DNA of 24,150 nucleotides from positions 1-24,150 of IMG/VR virus record IMGVR_UViG_3300020003_000011; one strand, written 5' to 3'. Under the pieces are notes generated by a model, which saw only the letters and a program-made list of their open reading frames with translations, was not told the origin of the DNA and did no database searches. Position numbers and translations under genes: made by a program. This document shows positions 9,863-17,863 of the stretch, in pieces (positions within the stretch are counted from its first letter, which is position 1; each line of letters starts with the position of its first letter). The stretch comes from a virus. Its lineage: Duplodnaviria; Caudoviricetes.

Positions 9863-10642
9863 TTAAAGAAGATCGGTAAAGCCGCAAATTGTCAATGTTA
9901 AAGCATCACCTGCTACTACTCGATATCTAAAATTCATACCAGTTGTAAAAGAAATTGTTGGTATTTCCATAGTGCCAATTTGCACGGCTGCAACACCAGT
10001 CCCAAATCTAACCATAGGTGTTGCAGTACCGTTTAATAATGCAAAGTCAGCCGTATTTGTAGCTGCTGCGGCTGTATAAACAATTCCAACTGTTGCTAGT
10101 GATTCTTTTTTACCAATAGGAGCTTCTAGTGTTAAAGGTGGAACATAGCTAGCTGTAAATAGATCAACAGTTCCGGCAGAAAACGTAGTAGCTGTACCAC
10201 CTGTGAGAATAGTTAATGGAACCTCATAATAATATTTACGATTTACGCCATCCCCATATTGAAACAGCCTTGTATTGATCGCAGAACCGTCTGTTCTTGC
10301 CCAGCCTATTCTACGAAACATATCGTAACCTTTAGGTAAAGAAGGACTAGTTGAGCTTAGTGATATTAAAAATCCAGTGGGCATAAATTTTGTTGAATCG
10401 CCAATGACAAAAACTGCATAAAACTTATTCGCAACTAGAACGCCGGTATCTATTCCGTTTAAACCAACTCTGCTCATTAATAATGATGTAGAGCCGCTCG
10501 ACACAGATAAATCATTACTATTAGTGCTATCACGTGCCATTCCACTTTCAATAGCTAATGTATTGGCGGCACTTGTATCAAGTGAAAATCCGTTTACATA
10601 AAGTTCGCCAGCATTAACGATAGGGGTATTAGGTGTTGTCAT
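9863..10642 (-). CDS. Virion structural (decoration/fibre-like) protein, about 259 aa
   Basis: Start moved to ATG 10642 (GGAG RBS at about 10649-10652). GLNGIDTG..YAVFVI..PSLPKGY..FRRIGW motif seen in phage structural proteins; directly after the coat gene. Confidence 0.6.
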   Translation of the reverse strand: MTTPNTPIVNAGELYVNGFSLDTSAANTLAIESGMARDSTNSNDLSVSSGSTSLLMSRVGLNGIDTGVLVANKFYAVFVIGDSTKFMPTGFLISLSSTSPSLPKGYDMFRRIGWARTDGSAINTRLFQYGDGVNRKYYYEVPLTILTGGTATTFSAGTVDLFTASYVPPLTLEAPIGKKESLATVGIVYTAAAATNTADFALLNGTATPMVRFGTGVAAVQIGTMEIPTISFTTGMNFRYRVVAGDALTLTICGFTDLL

Positions 10643-10690
10643 TTTATTCTCCAAATTATTCCATTAATTTTTAACTGTGAGAAAGAGACC

Positions 10691-10715
10691 AACCGGCGAA
10701 ATAATTTCACCGGTT
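10691..10715 (-). terminator. Hairpin downstream of the coat gene (attenuating terminator or mRNA stabiliser)
   Basis: AACCGGTGAAAT-T-ATTTCGCCGGTT on the minus strand; weak U-tail (GGTCTCTTTCTC). Confidence 0.55.
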
Positions 10716-10726
10716 TATAGTATTAA

Positions 10727-11971
10727 TTAAACAGGCAATGCGATCATCATTGCATATTCATCAACCAATGTTTTTCCCCAGATAATATCATGTACCATCC
10801 CGCGCTGATTTTGACCAAACAAAGAACCATAGTATTGGCGTATAGATGCACCACTATTAGGATCAGTCATAGCAGACGTTGGATAAGGAACTTCTTCAGG
10901 TAATTTAGGCATCGCAAGGAACAAAGGATCACCTGCCATTAATAATCCGCATCGATGGTCTGGTAAAACACTAACCTGCATACCCGCTACAATCGCAGTA
11001 TTAATATTTTGAGTATTTCCAGCCGTGGCTTGCAAAGGAGGAAAAATATTAACAGTTACTTGTGAACCAGCAGTGGAAGCTGCTGCCGCTGTTGCTCTAA
11101 ACTGTACTGGAGATTGAGAAACCTCATGGCCAATAAATGTGAGGAATCGCAGATTAGTAAAACCAGAAACACCATCACTAAATTGGAATTTATCGTACAG
11201 TTTAATAGAATTAGCATCACTTGCTGCTGTTGTACCGCTAAAAGTAATTTGAATGACACCGCCAGCCGCATTGGTTACAACACTTACTACTGTTAAAATC
11301 GTGCCAGCATTGCCTTCAGTGCCTGCTAAATGGGTTTTAAGCAAGTTAGATTGATACCATTCGCAATTTGAAAAACGACCAATTTCCCAGCTATTTGCTT
11401 CACGATTACCACGATCAAGTGTAAATTGATTTAAACCGCTGTTAACAATAGGAGGAAATGTCAAGTCTGATAAATAACCACAGGTTTTATCTTTAGCGGC
11501 GCCAAAGTTTCTAAAAAAGGCTAATGAATTCGCGAGCTGAAGATATGTGCTAATTGGAGTAATCCCGTCGCCATAGAATCTAAATGTATTACTCTCAGCC
11601 AATGCAGCTACGTTTGCTTCAACCTTTGAACCAATTTCAGCAATTGCTGAACGTCCAAATTTATCCATATAATCACGAACGTTAAAAATGAACTGTTGCG
11701 CTGTAAATTCATAAGCAGTTGATGCTTGTTCATTTACTGTTAATTGTTGAACGCGCTGTTCGGCTGCTTGAAAAGTAATTACTAAACTATTAGTCGTAGT
11801 AAAACGTGGGGGCAAATCAAATGATACTGTATCGCCCAAGTTTTTCGGAACATCATCATTGAAGCGTTGGAATTTTTTGTTTGATGTAGAAATAAACGCA
11901 AAACTATTTAAAAGTAATGCTAAATTTGATTCGTTGTAAGTAATAACTTGTTGCAAAATATTAGTAGGCAT
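10727..11971 (-). CDS. Major capsid protein, P22 gp5-like (414 aa)
   Basis: MPTNILQQV start, NLGDTVSFDLPPRF, C-terminal DIIWGKTLV; size and position after scaffold and portal. Confidence 0.9.
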   Translation of the reverse strand: MPTNILQQVITYNESNLALLLNSFAFISTSNKKFQRFNDDVPKNLGDTVSFDLPPRFTTTNSLVITFQAAEQRVQQLTVNEQASTAYEFTAQQFIFNVRDYMDKFGRSAIAEIGSKVEANVAALAESNTFRFYGDGITPISTYLQLANSLAFFRNFGAAKDKTCGYLSDLTFPPIVNSGLNQFTLDRGNREANSWEIGRFSNCEWYQSNLLKTHLAGTEGNAGTILTVVSVVTNAAGGVIQITFSGTTAASDANSIKLYDKFQFSDGVSGFTNLRFLTFIGHEVSQSPVQFRATAAAASTAGSQVTVNIFPPLQATAGNTQNINTAIVAGMQVSVLPDHRCGLLMAGDPLFLAMPKLPEEVPYPTSAMTDPNSGASIRQYYGSLFGQNQRGMVHDIIWGKTLVDEYAMMIALPV

Positions 11972-12029
11972 CGCAAAGACTCCCTGTCAGAGAACAATTT
12001 GCAACGACTTATGAGTTGTATGGTTAGAG

Positions 12030-12764
12030 TTAACCTCTAAGCCAAGGTTGGTTTTGCAGGTCTTTAATACTCATTTTGCCGTTGCTACCGGAAACTCTGG
12101 AAGGTTGCAAACGGTCGAGGGGTTCGGATGTGCTTTGCGATCCAGCATCAGACTGCGCTTGTTTATTGGTACTAATAGATTGTGCCAAACTTGTCAATGC
12201 GCCTTGTGCTTGTCGCGGATTTCTTTCAGCAAGCCGATCAAGTCCAGCAAGCTTTAATGGATTCTTAGAAAGTTCATAGACAATATCAGCAGCGTTTTCC
12301 ATTCCTGACAATAAATAAAGTAATTGTGGGAATGCTGCGGGGTCAAAATCCTTCGTGATCTCATCAAAGTCTTGATATGCGGTTTTGCCTTGCGCAATTT
12401 TTGAAAGATATGAATCAGCAGCGCGGTTCATTTCAGCTCTATGAGCTTCCATCTGTTGTTTCTCTTGGTGCTCGCGCATATCTTGATTAAATCTTTCTTG
12501 TACTCGCTGGTAAATAGCATCTGTATCAACATCTCTAGGAATTTCAGCATTTCGTTGCTGTTGTTTGGCTTGAATTGCTGACTCTAAGTCACGTTGGTAT
12601 TTTGCCTCAGCTTCACGCTTGGCGTTATCTGCCGCTTGAGAGGATTGATGCGCAACAATCTTTGCTAGTTCATCCCGAGTAAAGAGTTTTTCAGGTTCTT
12701 TTTTAGGAGACGTAACAATATTATCCGCATTACCACTCATATCTGAAACTTGTTTTTCGTCCAT
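12030..12764 (-). CDS. Capsid scaffolding protein (244 aa)
   Basis: Charged coiled coil, KLFTRDEL..IV, YQDFDE, ADIVYELSKNP motifs; between portal and coat. Confidence 0.85.
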   Translation of the reverse strand: MDEKQVSDMSGNADNIVTSPKKEPEKLFTRDELAKIVAHQSSQAADNAKREAEAKYQRDLESAIQAKQQQRNAEIPRDVDTDAIYQRVQERFNQDMREHQEKQQMEAHRAEMNRAADSYLSKIAQGKTAYQDFDEITKDFDPAAFPQLLYLLSGMENAADIVYELSKNPLKLAGLDRLAERNPRQAQGALTSLAQSISTNKQAQSDAGSQSTSEPLDRLQPSRVSGSNGKMSIKDLQNQPWLRG

Positions 12765-12899
12765 TTATCATCTTCCATAATGATTTTTTGACCCGCTTCA
12801 TTGCGGTAAGTTTCCTCGGTAACGATGGAGTCTCGCCCATTTTTCCGCATGAGTGCGTATGCCACGGTGATGCGCCGTGTCGCTAGATTTTTGATCTAT
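12765..12899 (-). ncRNA. Structured 5' leader of the scaffold-coat transcript (candidate cis-regulatory RNA)
   Basis: GC-rich non-coding stretch folding into consecutive hairpins: CACGG-7-CCGUG, CGCA-4-UGCG, CCGC-6-GCGG, AUCAU-8-AUGAU. Confidence 0.55.
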
Positions 12900-12904
12900 T
12901 ATAG

Positions 12905-12933
12905 ATTATTTTCCTATTACACCACATTGTCAA
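12905..12933 (-). promoter_or_regulatory. Sigma70-type promoter for scaffold/coat
   Basis: TTGACA (12933-12928), 17-bp spacer, AATAAT (12910-12905). Confidence 0.6.
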
Positions 12934-13061
12934 TACTTATTTAAAGATTTTTTATTGACCATTTTTTTGATTAACTTTTTATCTTGCATTTTGTCTTCAT
13001 GTTTTGATTTGTCTTTCATGTTTCTTTTCATCTTAGAAACCTGTTTTCTTTGCATTTTCAT
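12930..13061 (-). CDS. Small Lys/Met-rich basic protein (43 aa), below the ORF-track cut-off
   Basis: MKMQRKQVSKMKRNMKDKSKHEDKMQDKKLIKKMVNKKSLNKY; AAGGA RBS 5 nt upstream. Confidence 0.6.
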   Translation of the reverse strand: MKMQRKQVSKMKRNMKDKSKHEDKMQDKKLIKKMVNKKSLNKY

Positions 13062-13071
13062 AAAAATCCTT

Positions 13072-13131
13072 CTATTTTTTCATTTTCTTTGATGATGGCT
13101 TAATTGCTTTTTGTATCCATTTTTCAGCCAT
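13072..13131 (-). pseudogene. 19-codon mini-ORF MAEKWIQKAIKPSSKKMKK, probable internally deleted remnant of a small basic phage protein
   Basis: Strong AGGAG RBS overlapping the portal stop. Both ends resemble the roughly 60-aa 'KWIQKAIK...TLKKM' phage proteins as I recall them. Confidence 0.5.
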
Positions 13132-13140
13132 CTCTTTCTC

Positions 13141-15270
13141 CTATTCACTGCGACTTTCTTGACCTTTAAATGTTTCTCTCATATGAGAACTTATATTAAT
13201 TGCAGCTTCCACGGCGCTGCGTGTGTTTTCAGCATCTAGTTCAGCAGACTTTAATTCATTTTGAACGTTTGCATTACGAATTTTACTAATGGTTTCAATA
13301 AATTTAGTCTCAGAATCTCTTTCTTTAATCTCAAGATTAGCCGCATCAACTTTAGATTTTTCTTGAATAGCCATAATAGCTACTTCTCCATCAGAAGGTG
13401 ATTGAACTTCTTTTTGAAGCTTCGCCATTTCCATAGCTTGCTTTTTAGCATCAGATTGCATTTGCATCTGTTGCATTTGTGATGCTTGTTGCTTCATTGC
13501 TTTTTGCTGTGCCATCCATTCATTAGCTTTTTCTTTCAATTCATCTATACCGCGCATTTCTATATTATCGAGAAGTGTGGGCAATCCTTCTTCATTAAAA
13601 AAGTCTGCAAAGCCTTTATTTGCCTGCGACATAGCAATAACTGTTTGGAGCGCCATTTCTTTTTGCATAGCGAAATTCACCCCTGTTTCAACTTTAACCT
13701 GTAAAGTATTAGGGTCGTAATTCATATAAAGAGAACCTTTTTTATTTATCTCTTTAAATGAACGTTTACCGTTTGGTAAAAGAATAGGCAAGCTTCTAGG
13801 TGTGCGATAGTACTTAGGAATCAAATCAATGATGATCTGAGCGACTCTATTTAACCCTTTAATATAACCTACGATATAAGGAACAGACGTAGCATCGCCT
13901 TGTATTGCGCTCCTAGCAAATGCAATACCAGACATAGCTCCTTGATTAACTCCTTGAGCCATGTCATATGATCCCAAAATAGTTTGGGTCATTTCGTCTG
14001 ACATCCTAAACGTATCTGAAATCTGAGGAGGAATAGGCGTGCGCATGACTTCACGAGGAGGAGGTAAAGTTACATTTGGATTATTAGAATCTAAAAAATG
14101 ATTGTACATTAATGTATCAGCTTTTTGCACATTCTGATACGCTTCTTGGTAATCCTCTGGAATAGACTCAACAGCTACAATAAATTTATGTTGGACTGTA
14201 TTTTCTAACTCGTTACCAAGCGATTGACCAGCAAAATTCTTTAAACGTTGTATACCTTCAGCATGATAAACATAAGGTCGAGTCATCTGCGTATAAGTAC
14301 CAGATTCTTTGATGATAATACTATTACCATCAACAAAAACTAAGGGTAAAAATTTGAAATCTGTTTCTTTAAAATCTAATAAACGACTTTCACAAAAACG
14401 ATAGCGGCATATATATTCAATAAGTGTTTTTCTTTCGCTAATAGGAATAGGTGGCTGTTCAATCAATCCTCTTTTTTCCCATTCCTCAATAAATCTTTTA
14501 TATTCGTCTTTCGTTACGCTATGACCATTTGATAATTTATAAATAGTCGCACGTTTGGTCTTTTTCTCATAAAAATCACATACTAAAACAATTTCTTCTT
14601 TTTCGTTTTGAAAAGACCAGTCAAAGCCTGACAATGCACGGGTATAAGTCATTTCTTTGGCTATTTCTTCTCCAAACTCGTCTTCAAATTGCTTTCGAGT
14701 CATAGGATAAAGTTCAGCGCAAAATCGACCATCCCCTTTATGTGATTTACGCGCTAATGGATCAAAGACAGTAAGTGTAGGATCGAATACACGTTCAACA
14801 CAGATATTTTGCTCAAAGCTCATTTCATTAACGTATTCAGTAAATACGCGCAAAACAGAAAAGCCGCCAGCTAATAAATCACTGTATACATTATAGTCAA
14901 GCATATCATTGGCGCCGTCAAAAAATATAGCGCGCAAATGGGCTTCTATGACTTTTAATGTCTCAGTAAATTCACGAGTTAACATCGGCAATGGAATACC
15001 ATCAGCCGCACGAACAGTTAAACTGGGTTGTTGTTTAGCAAATTCCCCGCGTTTACGAGAAACAAACGATTCTAATATGTTGAATTCAAGGGTAGGGTAA
15101 CCATTATCAGCAAGTGTCGCTGCTTCTTCATCTGAAAGAGAAGTTTTAAATACGAACTTAACAAATTTTTCAAACCGTTCAACATTTTCGTTATTGTATT
15201 GCTGGGCTTCTTCAACATACTTTTTAAGATCGGGTAAACGGTCTGTATGTAACTTTGCGAGTTCCGGCAT
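13141..15270 (-). CDS. Portal protein, P22 gp1-like (709 aa)
   Basis: PTLEFNIL, LLAGGFSVLRVFTEY, FDPLARKSHKGDGRFC, SGIA, IPKYY motifs, Gln-rich C-terminal barrel; follows terL. Confidence 0.92.
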   Translation of the reverse strand: MPELAKLHTDRLPDLKKYVEEAQQYNNENVERFEKFVKFVFKTSLSDEEAATLADNGYPTLEFNILESFVSRKRGEFAKQQPSLTVRAADGIPLPMLTREFTETLKVIEAHLRAIFFDGANDMLDYNVYSDLLAGGFSVLRVFTEYVNEMSFEQNICVERVFDPTLTVFDPLARKSHKGDGRFCAELYPMTRKQFEDEFGEEIAKEMTYTRALSGFDWSFQNEKEEIVLVCDFYEKKTKRATIYKLSNGHSVTKDEYKRFIEEWEKRGLIEQPPIPISERKTLIEYICRYRFCESRLLDFKETDFKFLPLVFVDGNSIIIKESGTYTQMTRPYVYHAEGIQRLKNFAGQSLGNELENTVQHKFIVAVESIPEDYQEAYQNVQKADTLMYNHFLDSNNPNVTLPPPREVMRTPIPPQISDTFRMSDEMTQTILGSYDMAQGVNQGAMSGIAFARSAIQGDATSVPYIVGYIKGLNRVAQIIIDLIPKYYRTPRSLPILLPNGKRSFKEINKKGSLYMNYDPNTLQVKVETGVNFAMQKEMALQTVIAMSQANKGFADFFNEEGLPTLLDNIEMRGIDELKEKANEWMAQQKAMKQQASQMQQMQMQSDAKKQAMEMAKLQKEVQSPSDGEVAIMAIQEKSKVDAANLEIKERDSETKFIETISKIRNANVQNELKSAELDAENTRSAVEAAINISSHMRETFKGQESRSE

Positions 15271-16798
15271 TCCTTGCCTCTCCTGCTCTGATTTTTCGAT
15301 GCAGTGATTGATTCATATTTTGAACCATTCGCTTTTGAGACTCCTGTCTCTTGTCAATATTGTATATTGTTTTTTCAATTAATGCGATACGTATACCATC
15401 TGATAATGTATCAGCTATATCATCAAATGAATGGGATTCATTTGCCGTAATTTTTGACATATGAGTAGTGCACATTCCTATATGTCTAGCTCCAGTGGTA
15501 AAAGAAATACGTCTTGATGAAATAAAAGGCTGCATTTCAAGAAATCTTTTAGTTTTGCTCCCTGATTCACGGGTGCGTTCAATTTCCCTTATGTGAAGAC
15601 CTCTAATATTCTTAAGTGTACTAATAAGGGTCACACCAGTTGATTTTTTTTCTATTCCAGCAATCATCGGAGGTTTAGGATGCAAAGTACAATTTGCATA
15701 GAAATCGATAAATGCCTGTTCTAAGTCTTTAGGTTCTATACGCAATTCAATACAATTTAGCCAGTGCAATCCCAATTCTCCAATTTTCTTACCAAAGTTT
15801 TCTATTTCATAGACGCCAAAAAAGCTAAAAACAGTAGCATCATTCCAGGATTTTTCTGTTTCTGCTGTATCCGCAATTACAAATGTACAAAATATATCTG
15901 GCTCTTGATCTAACTCAACAAACCATTCAGGTTTAAATAATGCGCCGCCTGAAGGTAAGGGATTTTGTTGATATTGGGATGCAAAAACATAAGGAGACTT
16001 CTCTTGCAATACTAATAGTTTTTCTTTGGGCATCATTTCAGGATAAAGAGCATTTCCAGCTATATCTAATCCTTGGAGTATAGTTGTATGCCATTCATCT
16101 ACATCTTTACCGCTCGTTAAATAATCGGTTAAATCTGATTCATGTACGCGTTGACCAACATAAATAATAGGAACATTAATACCACGAACACGCTGTCTTA
16201 TTGTTTCATCATAATTATCAATAACACCTTGTCTAATAGTATCGGAATGCGCTTCATCAGGTTTATGCGCATCGTCAATGATTACAGCGCCACTGAATCT
16301 ATCTAATCCCGGGCATCCTCCATCATGGCCAGTCACCGATCCTGAGCTCCCATAAGCTCTCATTTGACCGCCATGAGTCGTTTTAAATCGATCTTTAGCC
16401 CTGCTATCTGGATCAATACCAACATCGAATAAATAAGAATACATTTGTGATGAAACAATTGAACGAATAAAAGTAGTATGCTTTGTTGCAAGATCATGTC
16501 CATATGAAATATATAGAAAATTTGAATCTGGAAATTCAGCCCAACACCATGCTACAAACATGCTAACAAAAGTTGATTTTCCACACCCGGGAGGTAAATT
16601 AATTATTTCTCTTAAGAGTTCAAGCCTTTTAATTTGTGTAAGTGATCTGCACACAGTAATATGATGGCTTTCTCGTCCAATTGGCTGGGAGACAATGAAA
16701 TCACGGCCAGTGATATGACGAAAAAAGTAACGGGTAAACTCAAGGAGAGAACCACGTAGGCGAGAAGCTTCTTGTTCTTTTTCATAATCAATTTTCAT
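15224..16798 (-). CDS. terL: Terminase large subunit (524 aa)
   Basis: Walker A INLPPGCGKST, Walker B AVIIDDAHK, QRVHESDL, ASQYQQNP, nuclease motifs ADTA..ND and HSFDDIAD. Confidence 0.95.
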   Translation of the reverse strand: MKIDYEKEQEASRLRGSLLEFTRYFFRHITGRDFIVSQPIGRESHHITVCRSLTQIKRLELLREIINLPPGCGKSTFVSMFVAWCWAEFPDSNFLYISYGHDLATKHTTFIRSIVSSQMYSYLFDVGIDPDSRAKDRFKTTHGGQMRAYGSSGSVTGHDGGCPGLDRFSGAVIIDDAHKPDEAHSDTIRQGVIDNYDETIRQRVRGINVPIIYVGQRVHESDLTDYLTSGKDVDEWHTTILQGLDIAGNALYPEMMPKEKLLVLQEKSPYVFASQYQQNPLPSGGALFKPEWFVELDQEPDIFCTFVIADTAETEKSWNDATVFSFFGVYEIENFGKKIGELGLHWLNCIELRIEPKDLEQAFIDFYANCTLHPKPPMIAGIEKKSTGVTLISTLKNIRGLHIREIERTRESGSKTKRFLEMQPFISSRRISFTTGARHIGMCTTHMSKITANESHSFDDIADTLSDGIRIALIEKTIYNIDKRQESQKRMVQNMNQSLHRKIRAGEARNAGTRKVTYRPFTRS

Positions 16799-16851
16799 CC
16801 TTAACTAAATTCCTTAATTAACTTTCCTTGTTAATTAAAATTAACTTAAAT

Positions 16852-17055
16852 TCATTCAATAAGATCTTTCCACTTACATTCACTAACTGTCTCGCCTTTA
16901 GAATTAATATTTTTAATTATAATTTCACCAGATAGACAATCCTCTCTAAATTCTTCCCCAATTTTTTCAATCTCTTTCTGAAGTTCAATAGAATAATCAG
17001 GACAAATATAAAGTATTCCATGTTCTCCGTGGATATGGCATTTTTGTGAGTTCAT
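16852..17055 (-). CDS. Hypothetical protein (about 67 aa) with CxxHGxH..C motif
   Basis: Start moved to MNSQKCHIHGEHG at 17055, because the longer track start overlaps the upstream small gene. Confidence 0.5.
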   Translation of the reverse strand: MNSQKCHIHGEHGILYICPDYSIELQKEIEKIGEEFREDCLSGEIIIKNINSKGETVSECKWKDLIE

Positions 17056-17068
17056 ATAAAGATAATTC

Positions 17069-17218
17069 CTATTTCTTTTTCTTACCCTTAGATCGTCTTG
17101 CTTCGCTAAATGCAATGGCTATCGCCTGCTTCTGTGGCTTTCCGGCCTTTACCTCACGAGACACGTTATCCGAGAATCCCTTCTTACTTTTCGCTGCTTT
17201 TCCTTTTAAAAGGGGCAT
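17069..17218 (-). CDS. Small basic phage protein (49 aa), 'MPLKKG..GKPQKQAVAIA' type
   Basis: MPLLKGKAAKSKKGFSDNVSREVKAGKPQKQAIAIAFSEARRSKGKKKK; GGAGG RBS. The track's + ORF 17046-17264 is its antisense shadow. Confidence 0.8.
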   Translation of the reverse strand: MPLLKGKAAKSKKGFSDNVSREVKAGKPQKQAIAIAFSEARRSKGKKKK

Positions 17219-17789
17219 CTTCAATCCTCCATTCTGGATTTTTATTGATAAAATTCCTTATTGAATCAATTTTACGTCTTCTTGTTAATCCACGTCCATA
17301 ATGATGCTTGTGATGACAATTGGCACAAACAACTTCTAAATTATCAATATGATTGTTTCTCCTATCATGATCTATATGATGAACACACAAAACCATATCA
17401 TCATTTATTCCACACCGATTACAAATATTTGGATAATGAATTAAAGCCTTTGTAACATAATTCATTTTTCCAGTAGCTATCATATACATACCAGAGCATT
17501 GTCTTGTGCAAAATTGAGCTTTTAATCGTCTCGCCTTATCTAAAAATAATTCTCCACAAAATTTGCAAGCTATCTCTTTTTGATAACACCCTTTAGGCTG
17601 CCTATCTGGTCTATACTTATCCCTGCATTTTGCAGAACAGTATTTTGAATGCTCCACAGTTGTTGTGTATTCAATTTCACAATGATCACAATTTCTTTTT
17701 CTTCTCTTAAAATGATAGCCACTCTTTCCTTTCTCAAACTTCTTTAAGTTTTTGATACCCGAATTACTTTTACCTTTTGGTAAAGACAT
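17184..17789 (-). CDS. HNH endonuclease with N-terminal zinc-finger repeats (201 aa), homing-endonuclease-like
   Basis: CDHC..YCSAKC and CKFCG..FCTRQC fingers, then CNRCG..VHHIDHDRRNNHIDNLEVVCANCHHKHH. Confidence 0.9.
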   Translation of the reverse strand: MSLPKGKSNSGIKNLKKFEKGKSGYHFKRRKRNCDHCEIEYTTTVEHSKYCSAKCRDKYRPDRQPKGCYQKEIACKFCGELFLDKARRLKAQFCTRQCSGMYMIATGKMNYVTKALIHYPNICNRCGINDDMVLCVHHIDHDRRNNHIDNLEVVCANCHHKHHYGRGLTRRRKIDSIRNFINKNPEWRIEDAPFKRKSSEK

Positions 17790-17793
17790 ACAA

Positions 17794-17821
17794 TAACCCT
17801 AATTAAAGGTTAATTATATCA
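17794..17821 (-). promoter_or_regulatory. Extended -10 promoter plus RBS-occluding hairpin of the HNH gene
   Basis: TGaTATAAT at 17821-17813, followed by TAACCTT-TAATT-AGGGTTA (17812-17794), 4 nt before the ATG at 17789. Confidence 0.6.
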
Positions 17822-17863
17822 TAAATTATGCCATTTCGCCTTTGCACCTTTTATCAGTGGCAT
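17819..17863 (-). pseudogene. Orphaned 5' end of the small basic gene (MPLIKGAKAK + WHNL*)
   Basis: Own AAGGA RBS; first 10 codons match 17218-17189 at 21/30 nt and 7/10 aa. Confidence 0.65.

Noticed and set aside
142-15100. Short ORFs in the track overlapping structural genes (142, 925, 4607, 5873, 6936, 6976, 7684, 11056, 11114, 12048, 12076, 13486, 14909)
   Set aside because: Antisense or alternate-frame shadows of well-supported genes, without convincing RBS or recognisable motifs.
15224-15270. 47-nt terL/portal overlap as a frameshift signal
   Set aside because: The portal has its own RBS and ATG, no slippery site is evident, and such overlaps are common in phages.
17184-17833. HNH cassette as a group I intron
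   Set aside because: Only about 45 nt of non-coding sequence flank the ORF, leaving no room for a ribozyme core; the duplicated 5' end makes splicing unnecessary.
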